This document shows positions 50,246 to 61,665 of a stretch of DNA of 64,000 nucleotides, in pieces. Position numbers and translations under genes: made by a program. Origin of the DNA: Eledone cirrhosa (Eukaryota); assembly GCA_964016885.1 (NCBI GenBank), contig OZ024740.1, forward strand, positions 204,786,001-204,850,000, in the 5' to 3' direction. Position 1 is the stretch's first letter. The number at the start of each line of letters is the position of its first letter. Below the pieces are notes generated by a model. That model saw only the letters and a list, made by a program, of their open reading frames with translations, was not told the DNA's origin and ran no database searches.

Positions 50246-51079
50246 GAAGCTAAGCTATAGTAAGGATTTGTGTTTGGTGCAGTGACAAGTGGAGTGAGCT
50301 TGTGTATTTAATTCATAAAATAACTAATTAAAAATGTAATAAAAGCTAACGGGTTAGTTAATAAATGTTTCTATTACAACAGATTTCTCTTTCACTGCCT
50401 TATATCCTATTTTCTATGTTTAGTATGTGGAATCATCATCATCATCAATAACATTCATTTTCAATGCTAGCAAGGGTTGGATGAGTCAACACAGACCAAG
50501 TCAGTATTTAATCGGTGCTACTGACCTCTCAGATGGGCCACATTTCACTTACAATTGTTCCTGCACTACATCATTCACTAGCACTTAAGAGGTTATCATG
50601 TCTTTGACACACTGAACAATCCTTTGTTTGGCAAGTATTCTTCTACAGCTAGATGCACTTTCTATCACAGCAACTTTATAGAGTGTAATGAGCGCGTTTT
50701 ATTTTGGCACCAACTTTAGGGAGGTTGTCATGCATTGACTAAAGGGTCCTATGAACCCTTTTTGGCATGGTTTTTATGGCTTGAAGTCCTTTCTTACACC
50801 AATCACTTCACAGAGTGTACTGGTGTGTTTTATCATGACAACAATACTGGAGAGGCCATCAGTCATTGAGTGCTTTTGGCAAATTTGAACAGTAACATAT
50901 TTTCAAAGTATTTTCTTTATTGATTTCAGTTTGTAAACTGTGGTCATGCTGGGGCACCACCTTGAAAGTCAATCATATTGATCCCTGTACCTATGTTTAA
51001 AAGTATGATATTTATTTTATTGGTCTCTATTTTTTTAACCACTCTAAATATTCTTTTGAACTTGATAAGTTTGATGGAA

Positions 51080-51430
51080 GGTGCAGTGCCCATAGCCTTT
51101 ACAGACCTTCAAAGACTGAAGAGATCAATGCTGTTGGTGTTTAAACTGTGGTAGGTCCACTCCTTTTGGAAAGCTATGAGCTGGGAGGGAGTTTCAGAGA
51201 GCTGACAGTCTAGGCAGGAAGGACTGGGTATAGTGGTTAGTATGGGGGCCTGAAGTGGGGGACACAGCAAGAGTCATGAAGCAGGTGAATTGGGAGTGAC
51301 TAGATGGAGATGGCACGAGAGTAGCAAACCCTGAGAAGCAGAGACCATTACAGTAATGTTAGAATAGGTAAGAAGGACGAGATAACATATCTGTAGACCA
51401 GAAGCTAAAGAGTGTCAGTGATTTGGTGTT
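51080..51430 (-). mobile_element. Old CR1/Jockey-group LINE 3' fragment
   Basis: Minus strand NHYTQSFLPRLSAL*NSLP (SFFPRTxxLWNSLP motif). Confidence 0.55.
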
Positions 51431-52298
51431 CTTAAGACTATTAACTCAAGGGAGGAGTATGGGCGGAACTTGTCAATTAAACTTTCTGAGACAAGCAGTT
51501 ATGGTCTTTACCCAAGTGTACAACAAAATGGTTATAGTAAGGTCTGAATTCATGAAAATACTATTATTAGTACACTGTAGTTCTAGTATTCTAATTTAAA
51601 TATTAATTATCGTCAATCAATCACTATAACATGCACTCAGTAAACTCTATAAGGGACATCCAGTCATAGAAATCATACCAAAATAGGGAGGGAATAGGGA
51701 GGGGGGGGGGGACTTCAGTCATGTAAAGGACTCGACAACATCATAGAAAGGATGCTGAAAGAGAGAAGAGGGATTTTTCATTTACGTCAAGGACAGGACA
51801 ACATCCAGCCACAGAAATCATGCCAAACAAAGGATTGGGAAAACTCTTCTGTCATATCAAGGACACGACAACCTTCCTAGTGCTGGTATTACTCTGCAAA
51901 GTGTTTAGCATAAGGAAAGACATTCAGCTGTAGAAGTGATGCCCAAAACAGAATGTATTGGGTGAGAAATGATCCACTAATCCATCTAAGAGGACAATAG
52001 CTTCATTTAAGTACTGGCTTGGTCTGGAACAACCAGTCCAATATATGCTAGCATGGAAAAATGGACAGGAAATGATGATGATGACAATGATGATGACAAT
52101 GATGATGTCAATTACGATGATGATGACAACAATCTTAACTTAATTATCCAACATGTTACCTCTATTGATATTTAAATTACATCTACAAACTCATTACATT
52201 CATATATTTCTTTTCATTTATCTTCTAGATAGAAATGAAGATGAGATGAAAGATACGATACAATGAACAATGTCAATGTGGTTTGTTAATGAGAGATT

Positions 52299-52780
52299 CA
52301 CCACCACCACCACTACCACCACCACCACCACTACCACCACCACCACCACCACCACCACCACCACCACCACCACCACCACCACCACCACTACCACTACCAC
52401 CACCACTACCACTACCACCAGTACCACCACCACTACTATTACCACCACCAACTACACTACCACCACCACCACTACCACTACCACTACCACCACCACTACC
52501 ACTACCACCACCACCACCACCACCAATACCACCACTGCCACCACCACCACCACCACCACCACCACCACCACCACCACCACCACCACCACCACTACCACCA
52601 CCACCTCCACCACACCACCACCACCACCACCACCACTACCAACACCACCATCACCACCAGCACCACCACCAGCAACACAAACACCACCAACCATAACCAC
52701 CACCACCGCCTTCACCACTGCCTCCATACCACCACCACTAACACTACCACCACCACAACTACAACCTCAACCACTACCAC
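52299..52780. repeat. (CAC)n/(TAC)n trinucleotide tract decaying rightwards
   Basis: Direct reading. Confidence 0.97.
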
Positions 52781-52939
52781 CAGGGATGGGTACAGTCAAT
52801 TCAGCGGTTACCAACTTAATATTTGACCTACCACCACCTCCACTACTAACACCCTCACTACCACCAATAACAACAAGAACAACAACAACAACGACACCGT
52901 TGTGGTCGTCATCATGATCATCAGAAAAAGCAAGTTTAA

Positions 52940-53151
52940 CCCTTTAGCATTTAAACCGGCCGTATCCGGCCAAACTTCTCTCACTTCTTTCTGTTCAAAC
53001 CGGCCATAGCCAGCCACTCGTATCGACATTGAGGTATTGTCCTCAAAATAAATAATATCAAAATCTCATAGATTCGATATTATATGAGATAATATGTGAG
53101 GTAAAGCTTTTACCATGAAAATACAATATTAAATATAGAGTAATATAAATG
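52940..53151. mobile_element. piggyBac-type MITE, inverted relative to the 47.6/48.0-kb copies, one TIR truncated
   Basis: TTAA CCCTTTAGCATTTAAACCGGCC. Reverse complement of 48000-48220. Confidence 0.85.
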
Positions 53152-53509
53152 TTTGGCAATGTGTTGTGATTTAGAAATGTCCTCCTTTCACAACATACCT
53201 ACCTAGCAGAGCAGAGAAAAACAACTTTGAAAATGGAAATTGATGATTAGAGTCTTGAGATGCTATCTTTTCACATAACACTTAATGACTGAACACTGTT
53301 TTATAAAACTTGAAAAAATAGTTCTCAAGCATGTAAAAAAAAAGATTTTTTTAATTTGGCCATCACTAGCAATCGAGAATGACTTGGTAGTGCGTCTTAT
53401 ACTTTCACTAAATAGTTTAGGTTCCTGTGCAGTAGTAAGCAGACACACACTCTCAACCCTCCCACTAAAAATCGAGTATGAGTTGGTATTGGTAGCATTT
53501 ACAGGTAAA

Positions 53510-53822
53510 GCTGATACTTCTCCGAATTGAGAGATCACAGCTCTGATACTATGGGCATGTAGTTAGAATGTCCCAGGAAAGAATCGCTGGACAGATTTTA
53601 CAGGTAAAACCAGCCTGCGAGAGACCTAGGGGTAAACCCGAGCAAGATGTTTGGATCACATCCATGAGCCTGGCTCGTCTCACTTGGGGAGCCAGCTGGA
53701 TGAGTTGGAGGCGGTTGCTTCTGACAGGACCGATGGAGTTTTGAGGACTTTTTGCCCACAACCCTCTCAGTAATAGGTGGGCAAAGAAGAAGAAGAAGAA
53801 GAAGAAGAAGAAGAAGAAGAAG
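53510..53822 (+). mobile_element. RTE-like LINE (second family) 3' end with (GAA)n tail
   Basis: LLRIERSQL*YYGHVVRMSQERIAGQIL..ERPRGKP, then (GAA)~12. Confidence 0.78.
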
Positions 53823-53991
53823 CATTTACCATGTTGTTACCATGTTTTAGGTGCCCATGCAGTCACAAACATACAGTCATCTTCTCTCAATCTTCCCACC
53901 TTTGATCCAGCAGAACATTTAGGATGTGGCAGCTGGAAGGAGGTCAGGGCTGCACCAGTACTGAACTGGTACGTTCTTTATCAATGCTGAA

Positions 53992-54180
53992 ATAATGATT
54001 TCTACCTTAGGCACAAGGCCAACAATTTTGAAGAGAGGGGGAAGTCGATTAAATCGACCCCAGTGTATTACTGGTACTTTATTTTATTGACCCCGTAAAG
54101 ATGAAAGGTAAAGCTAACCTCAGCAGGATTTGAACTCAAAATACAGAGAGCTGGAACAACTATCCAATGATCTAATGACT
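53992..54180 (-). mobile_element. SINE related to 39748-39949
   Basis: GGCACAAGGCC, CTGGTACTTTATTTTATTGACCCCG, GATTTGAACTC. Confidence 0.8.
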
Positions 54181-54331
54181 GCTGAATCAACTTCCTTCTT
54201 GAAACAAATATAATATTGATTAATATAAACAGCTGAATATGGCAAGCGAAGTCCCATCAGAGAGGTGGTAGGTAGATGTCAAAAATGGTAAAGTGACCTT
54301 GTGGCATTTGATTATTAAACTTTACCATTAT

Positions 54332-54635
54332 CAGGGCTGGATTTAATGGGGAGCAAAGGGAGAAATTGCTCCCCCACCCCCACCCCCTGCAGGGGGGGGG
54401 GTACCAGTGACGGTCGTAGCAATTTATTTGTGCCCTCAGTTGGGCTTTTTAGTTTTAGGATGGTTGGAATTTTTGAATTTAATACCTGTATGTATAACTT
54501 TTCAATTCCAATTACTTGCGCCAAGCTAACTTTGATATGTAAAATGGGGGGGGGGGGGGGTAGATTCTAATTTTTTGTATGAGGGACCCCCCAAACCTGA
54601 AGTGCCCGGGCCCCCAAGGTCTAAATCCAACCATG
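54332..54635. mobile_element. hAT-type MITE, inverted paralog of 39059-39352
   Basis: TIRs CAGGGCTGGATTTA / TAAATCCAACCATG. Perfect TSD ACCATTAT (54324-54331, 54636-54643). Confidence 0.92.
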
Positions 54636-54965
54636 ACCATTATCATTACCATCATTACCACCATCATTTACTTGAAACTGGGACGACTTACTTACCCTAT
54701 AGAATATCAATTACTGTATTTCACTGCTCGTGAGATGTTCCAGGGCATTCAATGCGACCCAGTTTAGAATTAAACAACCAGAAAAAAATTGCGAGTGTCT
54801 AATACCAAGTAATAATTACTCCAACCTTATTTCATCATAAAATTCTCACTAATTGTGACAAATCGGGAAGTAATTTTGGACACAGGAATAAGGTTATGTT
54901 TGATTTATGGGTAGGTTAAAACTTATAAGACTAGAGCTCATCTTATGAAATCCTCACTCCAAACT

Positions 54966-55163
54966 CAGACCTGTCAACCCTCCCCGTCCAATGGGGAGAT
55001 CTCCTACCTACTTTGGGGTGGGTGAGAGATGTCTTCTCTTGTGAAAATGCGTATAACTTTTATTATGTAAAATCTCTTCATTTTGACTCATTTCTCTCCG
55101 TTTCGGGGTATTTTTCTTTTTTCATGGTACTCCCATTTAGGTTTTTAGAGGTTGGCAGATCTG
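54966..55163. mobile_element. Small TIR element (probable hAT-related MITE)
   Basis: CAGACCTGTCAACC / rc CAGATCTGCCAACC (12/14). Flanks CAAACT vs CAATCT. Confidence 0.55.
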
Positions 55164-55819
55164 CAATCTTATAACTTCCGCCATTGACCTCCACCTTATA
55201 GGACGAAGGGTGGTTTTTGGAGATATTTTATAGCAGGAAATGTATCTAATAAGCCGTGACTCAGTTTGTGACAGTATAGTAAGAAAGCAGTGTATGAAAA
55301 GCATGAGAGTGCAGTTATTCAATTTTGTCAATAGATTATATATCTCAGTGAGTGTTTCATATCATTTTGTCTAAAATATTTTTGAAATGCACCTTCAAGT
55401 TTTTTATAACTGACACAGATTTGGATCTATAACACCACCTTGTGCCACACAGTAATGGAATGCTGATAGTAAAATCTCTAAAGACAATTTTCCAACTTTG
55501 CACAAAAAAAATGTAACTGGGTTATGTTGTACACAACCAATAAATCTGAATTGAAATGAATCTGCATCTAGTTTATTTTTCAGTGGAGAGATAGATTGGC
55601 CTAGTTTTTGTTTTTGAACAATATTCTGCTGCCCAAACGGTTTTTCTTTTATATATATCCTTCTACATTATGGGTAAATTTATTTCAATTTTATCGACAG
55701 TCAAGGTGTTCATAAAATATTAATTTTATCACACCAATTTCTGTAATTGGCGGGGGGGGGGGGTAGAAAAGAAAGAGTGGAGTACGTACATTGCTCAATG
55801 CATAAATGAAAATGGCTTA

Positions 55820-56195
55820 TATTGAAACATTCATCGCCAACTTATTCTTGAGAGGGTCGTGGGGTCAGAGTCCTCAAACACTCCTTCCAACTGGTCCTGT
55901 CAGAAGCAACCATCTCCAACTGATCCGGCTGGATCCCCAAGTGAGACCAACCAAGCTCATGGATGTAATCCAACCATTTTGCTCGAAATCTACCCCTGGG
56001 TCTCCTGCCGGTTGGTTTTTTCCCATAAAATCTGTCTAGCAATTCTTTCCTGAGACATTCTAACCACATAGCTGCAGTATCGGAGCTCTGATCTCTCGGA
56101 GAAGATGATTCGGAGCTGTGATTCGGAGAAGTAGCGGCTCTACCTGGAGTAACTCTCTGATCTCCGAGCTACGCACTTTATCAAGTAACGTTACA
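55820..56195 (-). mobile_element. RTE-like LINE (second family) 3' fragment
   Basis: GRRPRGRFRAKWLDYIHELGWSHLGI..ASDRTSWK (ORF 55842-56069). Confidence 0.78.
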
Positions 56196-57282
56196 ATATA
56201 TTTATTGCCATAATTGGCTACAATGTGTTTTTGTATACCTGATCTGTTGCTGCTACTAATTGTTTTAGCAGTGACAGATCAAAGACACAAAATACTCATT
56301 CACCTTGGTTTTTCAAACATTTTCACTGGCAGTCTCTTTTGATCAGAAAATATATTTTGTGACTTCTCACCCATCGTTATATAAATGTATTAGTCTAAGA
56401 CTTCACGTTACAGCTTGTTCATGTCACTGGGTTAAATTGTATCAGTCTGAACTCATATGAACAGCAAAACATATTTTAGTTCGGCTGATTGTCGCACTTG
56501 GTGGTGAATTGATGGTCGTTTTTCATTCTGTAAGAATTATAAATAATTTGTAATGTTATTTATACAATTGTGAACAAAATATAATTCATTATAATTTTAT
56601 TTCAGTTTACACTTCAAGTCACGAGGTCATACAGACCCATCACTAGGCTTTCGTGTTTTGAGGAGCCACAGAACATTCTGGGTTCTCTAATCCCCTAGAG
56701 ATTTTTTTTACCAGTTTCTTTGGTTAACTTTTATTTGTTTGTTTTTTAAATATATTTTTATTCCTTAATTCAGCCACCTGTCTTCCATCACTCGTGAAAA
56801 CGATCCCGAGATACTTGAACCTCTCCACCACTTCAGTGTAAATTCACTCACATGCAGAGTGCACTGTGCTGGCTTCCTTGAGAGGGTAAGTGTCTCAGTC
56901 TTCGTAGCATTGATTTTCGTTCCTGCTGTGCAGCATTTGGCAGCAAACCTATCCAGTGCACTCACCTTCTTACTGTCTGGGGCTAGTGCAAATAATTGTT
57001 TCTACTTTTGGCACAAGGCCAGCAATTACCCAGTACCAGCTTCCGCACTCAATCATCAGAATAAGGGAGGTAGGTGTAAAAGCCAAGCACACTATCTTCA
57101 AGTCAGTGTTTGTGCCTACCCTTACCTGTGATATCATGCATATATATATGTGAGTGTGTGTGTAAAAATCATGATGATGATGACAATGTTTGTCCACCTG
57201 TGTTTATATCCCGTAACTTAGCAATTCGACAAAAAAATAAGAAGTACTTGAAGTTTAAATATTAATTTTATTAAATAATATA

Positions 57283-57880
57283 TACCTTATATGCCGGCGT
57301 ACAAGTCGACATTTGGAGCCTAAAAATATCTCTCCAAAACGAGGGGTCGACTTGTCCGTCGAATATAAAATGTGAGCCTTTACCACTGAAGGGTAAACAG
57401 TGAAACTGCCTGCCTAACACTCGTTGTACACCACTTATCATAACTCTAGCATCCTACCACAATTATTTCCTACTGAATCTCATATTTGTTATGTCTATTT
57501 AAGGTAGAGATTATAATAATTGTTTCTACTTTTGACACAAGGCCAGCAATTACCCAGTGCACTACTGGTACTTTATTTTATCGACCCCGTAAGGATGAAA
57601 GGCAAAGTTAACTTCGGCGGGATTTGAACTCAGAATGGCAAGGGCCGTAACTCTATGCATCAAAGCATGGCGTCTGACCCTCTACCGATACTGCCAATCC
57701 ATAATAATATCAATGAGTTGTGTAGGGTAGGCTTCCATAGGTTCGTTAAGGTTAGGCTAGGATGGTTTACTCGGTTATAACTGCCTTATCCGGCGAATAT
57801 AGGCCTAAACCTGATTTACACCTCAGAATTTTAATGGTTGATCTATGCGCCGGATTGACTTGTACGCCGGCGTATACATA
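57283..57880. mobile_element. pogo/Tc1-mariner-type MITE
   Basis: Inverted termini TATATGCCGGCGTACAAGTC (~57288-57307) / GACTTGTACGCCGGCGTATA (~57857-57876). Contains a nested SINE. Confidence 0.7.
57521..57700 (-). mobile_element. Full-length SINE (family of 6272-6459) nested in the MITE
   Basis: Reverse complement of 6280-6459, with ATAATAAT duplicated at 57513-57520 and 57701-57708. Confidence 0.88.
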
Positions 57881-58234
57881 AATAACATTACAAATTGCTC
57901 ACAATCCTTTCAGAATAACATTGCAAATATAATGTCGCTGATAAACACAAATATAAATACAAATTATTAGAGAGGTTTTCCAGTGCTCCTCGCGATGATG
58001 TTATCTTTTGCTTTGGTAGTGGTTCGTTTGTCCACCCCTTTCGTCTGCCTTTTGTTGTATGTATTACCTGCTTGTGTATTTCTTCTTTCTTTTTCTCATT
58101 CTTTTTTTTCTTTTCCTTTTCTTTCTCTTTTTTAATTATTTGAAATGTTATATATGTACAAAATTATTAAGTTCTTTTAAAATAAAGCTCACCACACATA
58201 TTTAATGTAGTGAATATTTAAAAAAATGCATATA

Positions 58235-58435
58235 GCGATTTAGGCACAATACCAACAACTTTTTTGGTGAGGAAGTGGATTAAATTGACACCGGTGTGTG
58301 ACTGGTACTTTATTTTATCGACCCCGAAAGGATGCAAGGCAAAGCTAACCTTGATGAGATTTGAACTCAGAAGGTAAAGGGCCGTAACTACATGCCACAA
58401 AGCATGTTATCTGACGCTCTACCGATTCTACCAAC
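58235..58435 (-). mobile_element. SINE (same superfamily)
   Basis: CTGGTACTTTATTTTATCGACCCCGAAAGGATG, GATTTGAACTCAG, CGCTCTACCGATTCT. Confidence 0.82.
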
Positions 58436-59836
58436 CATTGTTAGGAACCTCACAAAAGCAACGCACTAAAATATATGACCAGAGCGAGAGAAAAAAAAGG
58501 AAGGAGAAGCAAAAACAAAAATAGCACTTGAAGTACTGTTGATAAGATCAACTAAATCCCTTGAAAGCGGGTGGTACCCTAGAATGGCTGCTGTCTAATG
58601 AATGAAATATATCAAAGGATTAAAAGAGTAACTTATTCATGGCATCTTGAAGAGTGCGCCAGTAGTCGGCAGCCTGAAGACATGAAATAAAGCGTCTTTG
58701 TTAATGGTTCCCATGATGTGGCAGTTTATTTTTTCTGAAAGACTGATAGTGGATATCCTAATAATTGAAGACTGCAACCTATTTCTAGGGGTCTGTTGAT
58801 ATTTAAGAACACCTTATAAATCTGTACTGGTCATTTTGGATGACCAGACTTTCTGAAGGAGAATACATAATAATAATATTCATAACTAACATAGCTGTTT
58901 CTCAGTCTATTGTCTCAGTTCCTCTGACTCTTTCTAGAGACATCTACTTCTCCTTTTTATATTTTCGTCTACGTGTCTGAATGATGGGCCAATTTAAAAG
59001 TGCCTCCACCATTATACAATGGTGGCCATGAGTGGACCCCGAAACCATTGATAGCACGTAGATGTTAAGTGTATGAAACTTTGTTTGCACTAAATAAGCT
59101 CTTTTCCACCAGATCGAGTACTGTTTTCCTTGATCTCCCATCTACGGATTTCTACCAATGTATATATATATATATACATATATACTCACACACACACATG
59201 CACACCCACCCACACATCTATATATCATCATTATCTTCCTAGCAAGGGTTGGACAGGTATTCACAGACCAAATCAGTACTGAAGTGGACCTCTCAGGTGT
59301 GTCAAGGGCCTTCATTTAGCTTACATATGTTCCCATGCACTACCATGTGTATTTTATCATGACACCAACACTAGGAAAGTTGTCATGTATTTGACACAGC
59401 TGAAGAGTCCTCCTGACCCTTTATTTAGCTATGAGTCATGAGGCCCATAAGATTAACCCGTCTGACTTTAAGACTCTTGTTGTTGTTGTTGTTGTACATT
59501 TATCAAGAATTTCCAATTTAATGAGGCAGATTGATCTAGTCTTGGTCATGTAGTGTTTGTGGCCGGCTGGGTGGGAAAAGATTCTAGATCAGCAGTAAGA
59601 AGTTCTGAGCTCCTGGATAACATTCTTCTGGCCACAAATATTATAAGTGTTCCAAGTTGACAATGGAACCACTATGTAATAACTCAATAAACTAGAAATT
59701 GCAGTCGAATCTCCCGCATCACATCATCTTAAATTTAAAAAACCAGAACTTATTGATATAGTTTGTACTGTATCTGAGTAAAGAACAAAATTGGTATGAA
59801 TCAAATTCCTTTGATTTTAAGTTTAATCAGATGCAT

Positions 59837-60110
59837 GGAGCCACATGGCCTAGTGGTAAGGGTGTTAGAATTATGATCATAATGTTGTGAGTTCGATCCC
59901 TGGGATGGGTTGCATGTTGTGCACTTGAACAAAAGACTTCATTTCACATTGCTCCAGTATATTCAGCTGAAAATGAGTACCAGCAATAGCCGAGGGTTTA
60001 ACCCCGCGATGGATTGGTGTCCTGTCCAATGGGGAGTTTTGCACTCTCAGTCACTTCATGTCATGAAACTGGGATAAGCATCAGCTTGATGAGTCTTCTA
60101 GCTTAAGACA
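59837..60110 (+). mobile_element. CORE-like tRNA-derived SINE
   Basis: A-box TGGCCTAGTGG, B-box GTTCGATCC (59891-59899), then GTGCACTTGAACAAAAGACTTCATTTCACATTGCTCC. Relative at 10300-10500. Confidence 0.75.
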
Positions 60111-61505
60111 AACTTTTTTATCAGCTTGGGGTCTAAAAAAAACAACCGTAAGCTTTTCATTTAGAGCAATCTAAAGCTTAGCTGTGTGTCCAATATTTAG
60201 TATGTTCAGAAGTTCACTTTGCAATAATTAGATGTGGGGTTCAATCCCACTACATAATATCTTGGGCAAGTGGTGTTTACCAATGCCTTAAGTCCACCCA
60301 TGTCTTGTGAGTTAAATTAAGTAGACAGAAACTGTTTGGAAGCTCAGTAGATGGACTGAACTTGTAATTCATGGGGTTAGCCTTGTCACACACAATATCA
60401 TGCTGAATCACAGGGCACACCTGTCTGTGGAATGCTCAGCCATTTACATGTTACTTTCATGAGCAGGCTGTTCCATTGATCAAACATATAGAACACTCAC
60501 CGTGGAAACCAACAGAGGCCCATTACAAGCCCAATATTTAAAATATGAATAATTTAAACAAATTCTATTTTACTCTTTTATACCTTTATCTATCTTAAGT
60601 TTATACTTTATTTTGGAAACAGACTATTTCTTTTTTAATCTTACTGTTTAGTTATGGAAGAAAGGGCAACACTCATGTCCCCTTTTAAGGTTTCCAATAT
60701 TGGTGGGAGAGAGAATGGTATCTTAAAACTGGGCAGCTGGTCCAAATACATGCAACAAAACGGAGTTCAGTAAAATCACCCAACGTGGGGCTGTTAAATC
60801 AGGCAACAGATGAAGTCGAAAGAGTTTATTGTATTGAGTATGAAATGAAGTTATCATCAAAGATACTGGAGCAATTGAAGTATTTTTTATAAACCAGATC
60901 TAATCAGTAAAAATATATTTCATCCACTCCCTTCATTGCCAAATGCTGCAAGTTTAGTGTGACATAACTTAACATAAAGCTTTATTTTGTTTAGTGTCCA
61001 AACATTGTTGTGTTATGCTAAATAGTTGTTCTCAAAGATTCTATTAGTTGCTTGCTAAATAGTTCTTGCTTCTATGAAGACTGGGCTGCTGCTTACCTTT
61101 AGCAGAGAAAGCTCTGTCTGTTGGCTCTGTCAAAAGTTGTAGTTTTGTGTGAAAAAATTAAAAGAGATGACAAGATTTTTTTCTCTTTGGCCAAATCCTC
61201 CTCAATGTTTTCAAGTATTTCTTTAAAAATATAGTAAACTATAAGTTTGCTGAACAGTGTACAAGAGGGGCAAATATGGCCTGATTCAATGGAACTATTC
61301 TGAGTGTGTGATTATAGGCCTGAGACCACACTATATGATATGGGAAATCATCTTCGGCGTGGTAATATTACTTCACACCACAATAAGCAAGTACAACTCC
61401 TTGTTTCCTTGAATATGGCATAGCTTCTCTCGACTCCCTGAGACCAACTTTACTTACAATTATTCGACCAATAAGTTACCAACTCATCAACTTTACATTT
61501 CATCC

Positions 61506-61557
<52 letters not shown>
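61506..61557. repeat. (CTA)n microsatellite
   Basis: Direct reading. Confidence 0.95.
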
Positions 61558-61665
61558 AAATGAATGAATCAACCAGGCAACAACAAAATTAAAAAACTAA
61601 TAACTAATGTATATGTATATCTAGCAGCAGTTATGAGTTTTTTTATTTTGTTGTTGCCTGGTTGA

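Noticed and set aside
52218-52917. Poly-Thr mucin-like / poly-Pro formin-like / poly-Val ORFs
   Set aside because: All frames of a (CAC)n microsatellite, with no flanking domain or supported splice structure.
58944-59141. 65-aa ORF in apparently unique sequence
   Set aside because: No motif, splice signals or codon pattern that I can support.
59837-59910. tRNA gene-like A/B boxes (also 6272, 38774)
   Set aside because: No cloverleaf, and the sequences continue into SINE bodies. They are SINE heads.
61097-61220. Possible minus-strand exon (AG..AAG|GTAAGC)
   Set aside because: The best frame stops just before the donor, the polypyrimidine tract is weak, and there is no recognisable protein.
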